A stretch of 64,000 nt of DNA from the human T2T-CHM13v2.0 reference genome, Homo sapiens. The notes beneath the pieces were generated by a model that was not told where the DNA came from, searched no databases, and worked only from the letters and a program-made list of their open reading frames with translations. Of the stretch, positions 28,601 to 41,160 are shown one piece after another; within the stretch, counting starts at the first letter, position 1, and every line of letters begins with the position of its first letter. Both the position numbers and the translations under genes were made by a program. Location: the NCBI RefSeq assembly GCF_009914755.1, contig NC_060933.1; one strand, 5' to 3'.

Positions 28601-31600
28601 AATGGAATGGAGTGTAAAGGAATTGAAGAGAATCAACCCGAATGGATTGGAATGGAATGGAAAAGAGCGGATTGGAATGGAATGGAATGGAATGGAATGG
28701 AATGGAATGGAATCAACTCGAGTGGAATGGAATGGAATGCAATGAAATGCAATCAACCCGAGTAGAGTGGAGTGGAATGGAACCGAATGGAATGGAATGT
28801 AAAGGAATGAAATGGAACTGAATGGAATGGATTGGAATGTAATGGAATGGGATCAAACCTAGTTGAATGGAATGGAATGGTATGGTATAAAATGGAATGG
28901 AATGGAATGAAATGGAATGGAATGCAATGGAATCAACCCGAGTGCAATTGAATGGAATGGAATGGAATGGAATGCAATTGAATCAACCCGAGTGCAATGG
29001 AATGGAATGGAATGGAATGGAATGAAATGGAATGGAACGGAGTGGAATCAACCCGAGTGGAATGGAATGGAATGGAATGGAAAGGAAATTCCCCGAGAGG
29101 AATGGATGGGAATGGAATGGAATGGAAGGAAATGGAATCAACCAGACTGGACTGGAGTGGAATAGAATCGAATGGAATGGAATGCAAAGCAATGAAATGG
29201 AATTGAATAGAATGGATTGGAATTTAATGGAATGGAATCAAACCTAGTGCAATGGACTGGAATGGAATGGAATGGAATGGAATGGAATGGAATGGAATGG
29301 CATCAACCCGAGTGGAATTGAATGGAATGGAATGAAATGGAATGGAAAGGAATGGCAAGAACCCGAGTGGAAAGAATGGAATGGAAAGGAATTCCATCGA
29401 ATGGAATCAACTTGATTGAAATGGAAAGGAATGGAATGGAATGGAATCAAGTGAACCTGAGTGGAATGGAATGGAATGGAATGGAATGGAATGGAATGGA
29501 ATGGAATTGTGTGGAATGGAACAGAATGGAAAGGAGTGTAAAGGAATTGAATAGAATCAACCCGAATTGAATGGAATAGAATGGAACGGAATGGAATGGA
29601 ATGGAATGGAATGCAATGGAATGGAATGGAATGCAATGGAATGGAATGGAATGGAGTCATTCCGAGTGGAATGGAAGGGAATGTAATCGAGTGGAATGGA
29701 AAGGAATGGAATCAACCCGAGTGGAATGGAAGGGAATGGAATGGAATGGAAAGGAATGGAATGGAATCAACCTGAGTGGAATGGAATGGAAAGCAATGGA
29801 ATGGAATGGAACGGAATGGAATGGAATGGAATGGAATGGAATGGAATCAACTCGAGTGCAATGAAATGGAATGGAAGGGAAAGGAATGGAATGGAATGGA
29901 ATGGAATGGAATGGAATGGAATGGAATCAACCCGAGTGCAAAGGAATGGAATGGAATGGAATAGAATGGAATGGAATGGAATGGAATGGAATGGAATCAA
30001 CCCGAGTGGAATGGAATATAAAGGAAAGGAACCGAATGGAATGGCATGGAATGGAATGGAATGGAATGGAATGGAATCTACACGAATGGAATGGAATGGA
30101 ATGGAATGGAATGGAATGGAATCAACACGATTGGAAAGAAATGGAATTGAATGGATTGGAATGGAATGGAATGGAATGGAATGGAATGGAATGGAATGGA
30201 ATGGAATCAACTCGAGTGCAGTGAAATGGAATGGAATGGAATGGAATGGAATGGAATGGAATGGAATGGAATGGAATCAACCCGAGTGCAATGGAATGCA
30301 ATGGAATGGAATGGAATGGAATGGAATGGAATGGAATGGAATGGAATCAACCCGAATGGAATGGAATGGAATAGAATCAACCGGAGTGGAATGGCATGGA
30401 ATGGAATGGAATGGTACGGAATAGAATGGAATGGAAAGAAATGGAATGGAATGGAATAGAATGGAATGGAATGAAATCATACCGAGTGGAATAGAAGGGA
30501 ATGTAATGGAGTGGAATGGAAAGTAATGGAATAAAACAGAGTGGAATGGAAGGGAAAGGAATGGAATTGAAAGGAATGGAATGGAATCAACCCGAGTGGA
30601 ACCGAATGGAAAGGAATGGAATGGAATGGAATGGAATGGAATGGAATGGAATGGAATCAACTCGAGTGCAATGGAATGGAATGGAATGGAATGGAATGGA
30701 ATCAACCCGAATGCAATGGCATGGAATGGAAAGGAATGGAATGGAATGGAATGGTACGGAATAGAATGGAATGGAACGAAATGGAATGGAATGGATTCAA
30801 CCCAATTGGAATGGAATGGAATAGAATGGAATGGAATGGTATGGAATAGAATGGAATGGAACGAAATGGAATGGAATGGATTCAACACAATTGGAATGGA
30901 ATGGAATGGAATGGAATTGTGTGGAATCGAATGGAATGGAATGCAGTGTAAAGGAATTAAATAAAATCAACCCGAATGGAATGGAATGGAATGGAATGGA
31001 AAGGACAGGAATGGAATGCAATGGAATGGAATGGAATGGAATGGAATGGAAACAACTCGAGTGGATTGGAATGGAATGGAATGGATTAGAATGGAATGCA
31101 ATGGAATGGAATGGAATCAATCCGAGTGGAATGGAAGGGAATGTAATCGAGTGGAATGGAAAGTAATGGAACCAACACGAGTGGAATGGAAGGGAATGGA
31201 ATGGAATGGAAAGGAATGGAAAGGAATCAACCCGAATGGAATGGAATGGAATGGAAAGGAATGGAATGGAATGGAATGGAATCATCCCAAATGGAATGGA
31301 GTGGAATGGAATGGAATGGAATGGAATGGAATGGAATGGAATGGAATGGAATCAACCCGAGTGCAATTGAATGGAATGGAATGGAATGGAATGGAATCAA
31401 ATCAACCCGAATGGAATGGAATGGAATGGATCAACCCGAGTGGAAACGCATGGAATGGAATGGAATAGAAAGGAATGGATTGGTATGGAATAGAATGGAA
31501 TAGAACGAAATGGAATGGAATGGATTCAACCCAATTGGAATTTAATGGATTGGAATGGAATAGAATTGTGTGGAATGGAACGGAATGGAATGGAGTGTAA

Positions 31601-31965
31601 GGGAATTGAAAAGAATCAACCCGAATTTAATGGAATGGAATGGGATGGAATGGAATGGAATGGAATGGAATCAACTCGAGTGGAATGGAATGGAACGGAA
31701 TGGATTGGAAGGGAATGCAATCGAATGGAATGGAACGGAACGGAATGGAATGGAATGGAATGGAATCATTCCGAGTGGAATGGAAGGGAATGTAATCGAG
31801 TGGAATGGAAAGTAATGGAATCAACCCGAGCGGAATGGAATGCAAACGAATGGAATGCAATGGAACGGAATGGAAGGGATTGGAATCACCCGAGTGCAAT
31901 GGAATGGAATGGAATGGAATGGAATGGAATGGAATGGAATGGAATGGAATGAAACGGAACGGAAT

Positions 31966-31995
31966 GGAACGGAACGGAACGGAACGGAACGGAAC
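31966..31995 (+). repeat. (GGAAC)6 variant-pentamer run; also (GGAAC)5 at 33116-33140 and (GGAAC)4 at 18525-18544
   Basis: Read directly from the sequence. Confidence 0.9.
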
Positions 31996-34900
31996 GGAGC
32001 GGAAAGGAATGGAATGGAATGGAATGGAATGGAATGGATTGGAATGGAATGCAATGGAATGGAATGGAATGGAATGGAATAGAATGGAATGGAATGGAAT
32101 CATTCTGAGTGGAATGGATGGGAATGTAATCAAGTTGAATGGAAAGGAATGGAATCAACCCGAGTGGAAAGGAAGATAATGGAATGGAATAGAATGGAAT
32201 GGAATAGAATAGAATGGAATCAACCCGAGTGGAATGGAATGGAAAGGAATGGAATGGAGTCTACCCGAATGGAAAAGAATGGAATGGAATGGAATGGAAT
32301 GCAATGGAATGGAATGGAATCTAGCCAAATGGAATGGAATGCAATGGAATCGAATGGAGTGCACTGGAATGAAATGCAATAGAATGGAATCGAATGGAAT
32401 AGAATGGAATGGAATGGAATGGAATGGAATGGAATGGAATGGAATTTACTGGAATGGAATATATAGAAATGGAATAGAGTGGATTCAACCCGAGTGGAAT
32501 GGAATGGAATGGAATTGAATTGAATGGAATGGAAAGTAATGGAATAGAAGGGAATGGAAGGGAATGGAACGAATTTAAATGGAAAGGAATGGAATTGAAT
32601 GGAATGGAATCAACCCGAGTGGAATGGAATGCAATGGAATGGAATGGAATGGAATGGAATGGAATGGAATGGAATGAATTTAAATGGAATGGAATGGAAT
32701 GGAATGAATTTAAATGGAATGGAATGGAATTGAATGGAATGGAATCAACCCGAGTGGAATGGAATGGAATGGAATGGAATGGAATCAACCCTAATGGAAT
32801 GCCATGGAATGGAATGAAATGGCATGGAATGGAATGGAACGGAATAGAATGGAATGGAATGAAATGGTATGGATTAAACAAGATTGGAATGGAATGGAAT
32901 GGAATGGAATTGTGTGGAATGGAATGGAATGGAATGGAGTGTAAAGGAATTGAATATAATCAACCGGAATAGAATGGAATGGAATGGAACGGAATCGAAA
33001 GGAATGGAATGGAATGGAATGGAATGCAATGGAATGGAATGGAATCAACTCGAGTGGAATGGAATGGAATGGAATGGATTGGAATGGAATGCAATGGAAT
33101 GGAATGGAATGGAATGGAACGGAACGGAACGGAACGGAACGGAATGGAATGGAATGGAATGGAATGGAATCATTCGAGTGGAATGGAAGGGAATGTAATC
33201 GAGTGGAATGGAAAGTAATGGAATCAACCCGAGTGGAATGGAAGGGAATGGAATCGATTGGAAAGGAGTGGAATGGAATTAACCCGAGTGGAATGGAGGG
33301 GAATGTAATTGAGTGGAATGGAAAGGAATGGAATCAACCCGAGTGGAATGGAGCGGAATGGAATGGAATGGAATGGAATGGAATCTACCCGAATGGAATG
33401 GAATGGAATGGAATCGAATGGAGTGGACTGGAATGAAACGTAATAGAATGGAATGGAATCAACTCGCGTGGAATGGAACTGAATCAAACAGACTAGAATG
33501 GAATGGAATGGAATGGAATGGAATGGAATGGAATGCAATCAACCCGAGTAGAGTGGAGTGGAATGGAACCGAATGGAATGGAATGTAAAGCAATGAAATG
33601 GAACTGAATGGAATGGATTGGAATATAATGGAATGGAATCAAACCTAGTGGAATGGAATGGAATGGAATGGTATGAAATGGAACGGAATGGAATGAAATG
33701 GAATGGAACGAAATGGAAACAAGCCGAGTGCAATAGAATGGAATGGAATGGAATGGAATGGAATGGAATGGAATGGAATGGAATGGAATCAACCCGAGTG
33801 GAATGGAATGGAAAGGAATGGAATGGAATGGAATGGAATGGAATCAACCCGAGTGGAATGGAAGGGAATGGAATGGCAAGGAAGGAAATGGAATCAACCC
33901 GAGTGGAATGGAATGGAATGGAATCGAATGGAATGGAACGGAAAGCAATGAAATGGAATTGAATGAAATGGATTGGAATGGAATGGAATGGAATCAAACC
34001 TAGTGCAATGGAATGGAATGGAATGGAATGGAATGGAATGGAATGGAATGGAATGGAATGGAATCAACACGAGTGGAATGGAATGGAAAGCAATGGAATG
34101 GAATGGAATGGCAAGAACCCGAGGGGAATGGAATGGAATGCAATGGAATTCAATGGAATGGAATCAACTGGATTGGAATGGAAAGGAATGGAATTGAATG
34201 GAATCGAGTGAACCTGAGTGGAATGGAATCGGAAGGAACGGAATTGATTGGAATGGAATGGAATGGAATGGAAACTACACGAATGGAATGGAATGGAATG
34301 GAATCGAATGGAGTGGAGAGGAATGGAATGGATTGGAACGAAATGGAATCAACTCCTGTGGAATGAAATGGAATGAAATGGAAGGGAATGGAATGGAATG
34401 GAATCAACCCGAGTGGAATGTCATGGAATGGAATGCAATGGAATGGAATGGAATGGAATGGAATGGAATGGAATGGAACGGAATAGAATGGAATGGAACG
34501 AAATGGAAAGGAATGGATTCAACCCGATTGCAATGGAATGGAATGGAATGGAATTGTGTCGAATGGAATGGAATGGAATGGAGTGTAAAGGAATTGAATA
34601 GAATCAACCCGAATGGAATGGAATGGAATGGAACGGAACGGAATGGAATGGAATGGAATGGAATGGAATCAACTCAAGTGGAATGGAATGGTATGGAATG
34701 GAATGGATTGGAATGGAATGCAATGGAATGGAATGGAATGGAATGGAATGAAATGGAATGGAATGCAATAGAATGGAATGGAATGGAATGGAATCATTCG
34801 GAATGGAATGGAAGGGAATGTAATCGAGTGGAATTGAAAGGAATGGCATCAACCCGATTGCAATGGAAGGGAATGGAATGGAATGGAATGCAATGGAATG

Positions 34901-36065
34901 GAATGGAATTAACACGAGTGCAATGGAATGGAAAGGAATGGAATGGAATGGTATGGAATGGAATTGAATGGAATCAACCCGAATGGAATGGAATGGAATT
35001 AAATGGAATGGAATGAACCCGAGTGGAATGGCATGGAATGGAATGGAATGGAATGAAATGGTACGGAATAGAATGGAATGGAACGAGATGGAATGGAATG
35101 GATTCAACCCACTTGGAATGGAATGGAATTGTGTGGAATGGAATGGACTGGAATTTAAAGGAATTGAAAAGAATCAACCGGAATGGAATGGAATGGAATG
35201 GAATGGAATGGAATGGAAAGGAATGGAATGGAATCAACTCGAGTGGAATGGAATGGATTGGAATGGAATGGAAAGGAATTAATGGAATCAACCCGAGTGG
35301 AATGGAATGGAAAGGAATGGAATGGAATGGAATGAAATGGAATGGAATGGAATGGAATGGAATCAACACGAGTGGAATAGAAGGGAATGGAATGGAAGGA
35401 AATGGAATCAAACCAAGTGGAGTGGAGTGGAATGGAATCGAGTGGAATTGAATGGAAAGGAATAGAATGGTATGGAATAGAATGGAATGGAGCAAAATGG
35501 AATGGAAAGGATTCAAGCCAATTGGAATGGAATGGAATAGATTGAAATCATGTGGAATGGAATGGAATGGAATGAAGTGTAAAGGAATTGGATACAATCA
35601 ACTAGAATGGAATGGAATGGAATGGAACGGAATGAAATATAATGGAATGGAATCAACTCGATTGGAAAGAAATGGAATTGAATGGATTGGAATGGAATGA
35701 AATGGAATGGAATGGAATGGAATGGAATAAACTCGAGTGGAATGGAATGCAATGGAATGGATTGGAATGGAATGCAATGGAATGGCATGGAATGGAATGG
35801 AATGGAATACAATCATTCCGAGTGGAATGGAAGGGTAAGTAATCGAGTGGAATGGAAAGGAATGGAATCATCCCGAGTGGAATGGAAGGGAATGGAGTGG
35901 AATGGAAAGGAGTGGAATGGAATCAAGCCGAGTGGAATGGAGCGGAATGTAATCGAGTGGAATGGAAAGGAAATGAATCAACCCGAGAGGAATAGAAGGG
36001 AATGTAATGGAATGGAACGGAATGGAATTGAATCAACCCGAGTGAAATGGAATGGAAAGTAATGG

Positions 36066-36184
36066 AATGGAATGGAATGGAATTTAATGGAATGTAAGGG
36101 AATAGAATGGAATGGAATAGAATCAACACGAGTGGATGAAAATGGAATGGAATGGAAGGGAATGGATTGGAATCAACCCGAGTG
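36066..36184 (+). repeat. Left arm of ~120-bp inverted repeat flanking the first strand switch
   Basis: It matches the reverse complement of 36522-36640 with 2 mismatches in 119 bp. The match includes the rare word CAACACGAGTGGATGAAAATGG. Confidence 0.9.
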
Positions 36185-36521
36185 CAATGGAATGGAATGG
36201 AATAGAATGGAATGGAATGGAATGGAATCAACTCGAGTGGAATGGAATGCAATGGAATGGATTGGAATAGAATGCAATGGAATGGAATGGAAAGGAATGG
36301 AATGGAATGGAATGGAATGGAATGGAATGGAATGGAATGGAATTTCCATTCCTTTCCTTTCAAATCGGGTTGATTCCATTCCATTTCCTTCCACTCCATT
36401 CCATTCCATTCCATTCCATTCCAGTTAATTCCACTACATTCTATTCCATTCCATTCCATTCCATTCCATTCCATTCCATTGCATTCCATTCCATTCCATT
36501 GCATTCCATTGCATTCCATTC

Positions 36522-36640
36522 CACTCGGGTTGATTCCAATCCATTCCCTTCCATTCCATTCCATTTTCATCCACTCGTGTTGATTCTATTCCATTCCATT
36601 CCATTCCCTTCCATTCCATTAAATTCCATTCCATTCCATT
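36522..36640 (-). repeat. Right arm of ~120-bp inverted repeat flanking the first strand switch
   Basis: It contains CCATTTTCATCCACTCGTGTTG. The peptide TRVDSNPFPSIPFHFHPLVLILFHSI appears in both ORF 35923-36570(-) and ORF 36277-36732(+). Confidence 0.9.
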
Positions 36641-39059
36641 GCATGCCACTTGGAGTTATTCCATTCCATTGCATTGAATTCCATTCCATTGCTTTCCATT
36701 CCATTCCATTGCATTTCATTCCATTCCATTAGACTCCTTTCCACTCGGGTTGTTTCCTTTCCATTTTATTCGTTTACAAACCATTGCATTCCATTTCATT
36801 CCTTTTCATTCCATTCCATTCCATTCCGTTCCATAATATTCCACTCGCTTTGACTCCATGCCATTCCATTCCATTCTATTCCATTCTATTGCATTCCCTT
36901 CCATTCTATTCCCTTCCACTTGGTTGGAATCCATTCCAATCTATTCCATTGAATTCCAGTGGAATCCATTCCATTCCATTTCATTTCATTCGATTCAATT
37001 CCATTCCATTCCATGCTATTCCACTTGGGGTGATTTCATTCTATTCCCTTCCTTTCCATTGCATTCCATTCAATTCCACTGGGTTTCATTCCTTTCCATT
37101 CACTTCCCTTCTGTTCCATTCCATTCCATTCTATTCCGCTCCATTCCATTCCTCTCGCATTTATACCACTGCATTCATTTCCATTCCATTCCATTGAATT
37201 CCATTCCACTCGGGTTGATTCCATTTCATTCAACTCCATTGAATTCCATTCCATTCCATTCCATTGCATTCCATTCCATTCAAATCCATTCCATTGCAGT
37301 CCATGCCATTCCATCCCATTCCTTTCCATTCCACTCGGGTTGATTCCATTCCATTCCATTCCATTCCATTCCATTCCATTCCATTCCATTCCATTCCATT
37401 CCCTTCCACTCGGGTTGATTCCATTCCATTCAATTCCATTCCATTCAATTTAATTCCATGCCACTCCATTCCATTCCATTTGATTCCATTCCATTCAAAT
37501 CCATTCCACTCCATTCCATTCCTTTCCATTCCATGCCATTCCACTCGGGTTGATTCCATTCCATTCCATTCAATTCGAGTTGATTCCATTCCATTCCATT
37601 CCATTCCATTGCATTCCACGCGAGTTGATTACATTCCATTCTATTCCGTTTCATTCCAGTCCACTCCATTTGATTCCATTCCATTCCATTCGGGTAGATT
37701 CCATTCCATTCCATTCCATTCCATTCCATTCCATTCGGGTATGTTCCATTCCATACCATTCCATTCCATTTCACTCAGGTTGATTCCAATCCATTCCATT
37801 CCATTCCTTTCCTTTCCATTCCATTCCACTCGGGTTGATTCAATTCCATTCTGTTCCATTCCATTACATTCACTTCCATTCCACTCGGGTTATTTCCATT
37901 CCTTTCCATTCCATTCGATTAAATTCCCCTCCATTCCACTCGGGTTGATTCCATTCCTTTCCATTCCACTCGATTACATTCCCTTCCATTCCATTCGGCA
38001 TGATTCCATTCCATTCCATTCCATTCCATTCCATTCCATTCCATTCCATTGCATTCCATTAAAATCCATTCCATTCCATTCCATTCCACTCGAGTTGATT
38101 CCATTCCATTCCATTCCATTCCCTTCCATTCCATTCCATTCCATTCCGTTCAATTCCATTCCATTCCATTAGGGTTGATTCTATATAATTCCTTTACACT
38201 CCATTCCATTCTATTCTATTCCACACAATTCCATTCCATTCCATTCTATTCCAATCGGGTTTAATCCATTCCATTCCATTTCTATCCATTCCATTCCATT
38301 CCATTCCATTCCATTCCATTCCATTCCATTCCTTTCCTTTCCATTCCATTCTATTCCACTCAGGTTGATTCCATTCCATTCTATTCAGTTCTATTTCATT
38401 CCATTCCATTCCACAGTAGTTAATTCCATTCTCTTCCAATCCATTTCATTCCACTCCACTCCATTCGATTCCATTCCATTCCATTACATTTGGATAGTTT
38501 CCATTCCATTCCATTCCACTCAGGTTCACTCGATTCCATTCCTTTTCATTCCTTTCCATTCTAATCCACTTTATTCCATTCCAATGAATTCCATTCCGTT
38601 CCATTCCATTCCACACGAGTTCTTGCCATTCCATTCCATTCCATTCCATTCCATTCCTTTCCATTCCATTCCACTCGTGTTGATTCCATTCCATTCCATT
38701 CCATTCCATTCCATTCCATTCCATTGTAGTCCATTTCACTAGGTTTGATTCCATTCCATTACATTCCAATCCATTCTATTCAATTCCATTTCATTGCTTT
38801 CCATTCCATTCCATTCGATTCCATTCCACTCCACTCCACTCGTGTTGATTCCATTTCCTTCCATTCCATTCTATTCCCTTCCATTCCACTCGAGTTGATT
38901 CCATTCCATTCCATTCCATTCCATTCCATTCCATTGCACTCCATTCCATTCGGGATGATTCCATTTCATTCCATTTCATTCCATTCCGTTATTTTGATTC
39001 CATTCCATTCCATTCCATTCCATTGCATGCCATTCCACTCGGTTTGATTCCATTCCATT

Positions 39060-41160
39060 TCATTGCATTCCATTTCATTCCATTACATTCCACAGGAGTT
39101 GATTCCATTCCATTCCATTCCATTTCCTTCCACACCACTCCATTCGATTCCATTCCATCCCATTTCATTCGGGTAGTTTCAATTCCATTCCATTCCGTTC
39201 CATTGTTTTCCACTCAGGTTCACTCGATTCCATTCCATTCCATTCCTTTCCATTCCACTACTTTCCATTCCATTCCATTCCTTTCCATTCCACTCGGGTT
39301 GATGCAGTTCCGTTCCATTCCATTCCACGTGAGTTGATTCCATTCCATTCCATTCCCTTTCATTCCTTTCCACTCTATTCGATTCCATTCCATTCCATTC
39401 CATTCTGGTAGATTCCATTCCATTTCATTCCATTCCATTCCATTCCATTCCATTCCATTCCATTCCATTCCATACGGGTCGATTCCATTCCACTCCATTC
39501 CATTCCACTCCCTTCCATTCCACTCGGGTTGTTTCCATTTCATTCAATTCCTTTCCATTCAACTTAATTGCATTCCATTTCATTCCATTCCAGTTGATTC
39601 CATTCAATTCCATTCTATTCCATTCCATTCCATTCCATTTTATTCCTTTCCATTCCACTCGGGTTGATTCCACTCCATTCTATTCCATTCCATTCCATTC
39701 TCTTCCTTTCCACTCGGGTTGATTCCATTCCATTCCATTCTATTCCTTTCCATTCCATTCCATTCCATTCCCATTCATTCCACTGGGCTTGATTCCATTC
39801 CATTCCATTCCAATCCATTCCATTCCATTCCAGATGATTCCATTACATTCCAATCCATTCAATTCCATTCCATTCCAATCCATTCCATTCCATTCAATTA
39901 CACTCGGGTTGATTCCATTCCAATCCATTCCTTTCCATTCCATTCCATTCCGCTTGGGTTGATTCCATCCCTTTCCATTCCACTCCATTGCGTTCCCTTC
40001 CATTCCACTCGTAGTGATTCCATTCCATTCCATTCCATTCCATTGCTTTCCATTCCAATCCACTCCATTACATTCCATTCCACACGATTTGATTTCATTC
40101 CATTCCATTCCATTCCATTCCATTCCTTTCAGGTTGATTCTATTCAATTCCTTTCAGCACCATTCCATTCCATCCCATTCCACACCATTCCATTCCATTC
40201 TAATCGGTTTGATTCCATTTCATTCCATTTCATTCCATTCCGTTATTTTCCATTCCATTCCATTCCATTCCATTCCATTCCATTCCATGACATTCCCCTC
40301 GGGTTGAGTCAATTCCATTTCATTCCATTCCGTTTCACTCCATTCCATTCCACAGGAGTTGATTCCATTCCATTCCATTCCATTTCATTCAACGCCACTC
40401 CATTCGACTCCATTCCATTCCATTCCATTCTGGTAGTTTCAATTCCATTCCATTCCGTTCCATTGCATTCCACTCAGGTTCACTCGATTCCATTCCATTC
40501 CATTCCATTCCATTCCATTCCATTCCAATCAGGTTGATTCCATTCCATTCCATTTCGATCCATTCCATTCTATTCCGTTCCATTACATTCCATTCCCTTC
40601 CATTCCAATAGGGTTGATTCCATTCCATTCCATTCCATTCCATTCCATTCCATTCCATTCCATTCCATTCCACTCCTTCCCATTCCATTCCATTCCATTC
40701 CTTTCCATTCCATTCCATTCCATTCCATTCCACTCCTTCCCATTCCATTCCATTCCATTCCTTTCCATTCCACTCGGGTTGATGCAGTTCCGTTCCATTC
40801 CATTCCACGCGAGTTGATTCCATTCCATTCCATTCCCTTTCATTCCTTTCCTCTCCATTCGATTCCATTCCATTCCATTCCATTCTGGTAGATTCCATTC
40901 CATTCCATTCCATTATATTCCATTCCATTCCATTCCATTCCATTCCATTATATTCTATTCCATTCCATTCCTTTCCATTCCATTCCATTCCATACGGGTC
41001 GATTCCATTCCACTCCATTCCTTTCCATTCCCTTCCATTCCACTCGGGTTGTTTCCATTCCATTCAATTCCTTTCCATTCAACTTAATTCCATTCCATTT
41101 CATTCCATTCCAGTTGATTCCATTCAATTCAATTCCATTCCATTCCATTCCATTCCATTC
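39060..41160 (-). repeat. Diverged direct duplication (~39060-39640 vs ~40320-41160) containing a 60-bp tandem duplication at ~40650-40770
   Basis: CACTCAGGTTCACTCG at 39211/40471, GATGCAGTTCCG at 39301/40781, CATACGGGTCGA at 39471/40991, AACTTAATT at 39561/41081, and CACTCCTTCC at 40671/40731. Confidence 0.8.

Larger units (their letters stand above)
1..36343 (+). repeat. HSat3 domain 1, GGAAT on + strand, relatively regular and modular
   Basis: G-rich pentamer on + until ...GGAATGGAAT at 36343. Recurring variant words include TCGAGTGAACCTGAGT, AAACTACCCAAAT, GTGTAAAGGAATTGAATAGAATCAAC and CAAACCTAGT. Confidence 0.95.

Noticed and set aside
36330-36360. Possible canonical heat-shock element (nGAAnnTTCn) created at the junction
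   Set aside because: The junction reads GAA-T-TTC, with 1-nt rather than 2-nt spacing, and has no third alternating unit.
35923-36732. Chimeric ORFs crossing the strand switch (WNGME half fused to IPFHS half); likewise 57636-58279
   Set aside because: They are by-products of the orientation change, useful only as junction markers.
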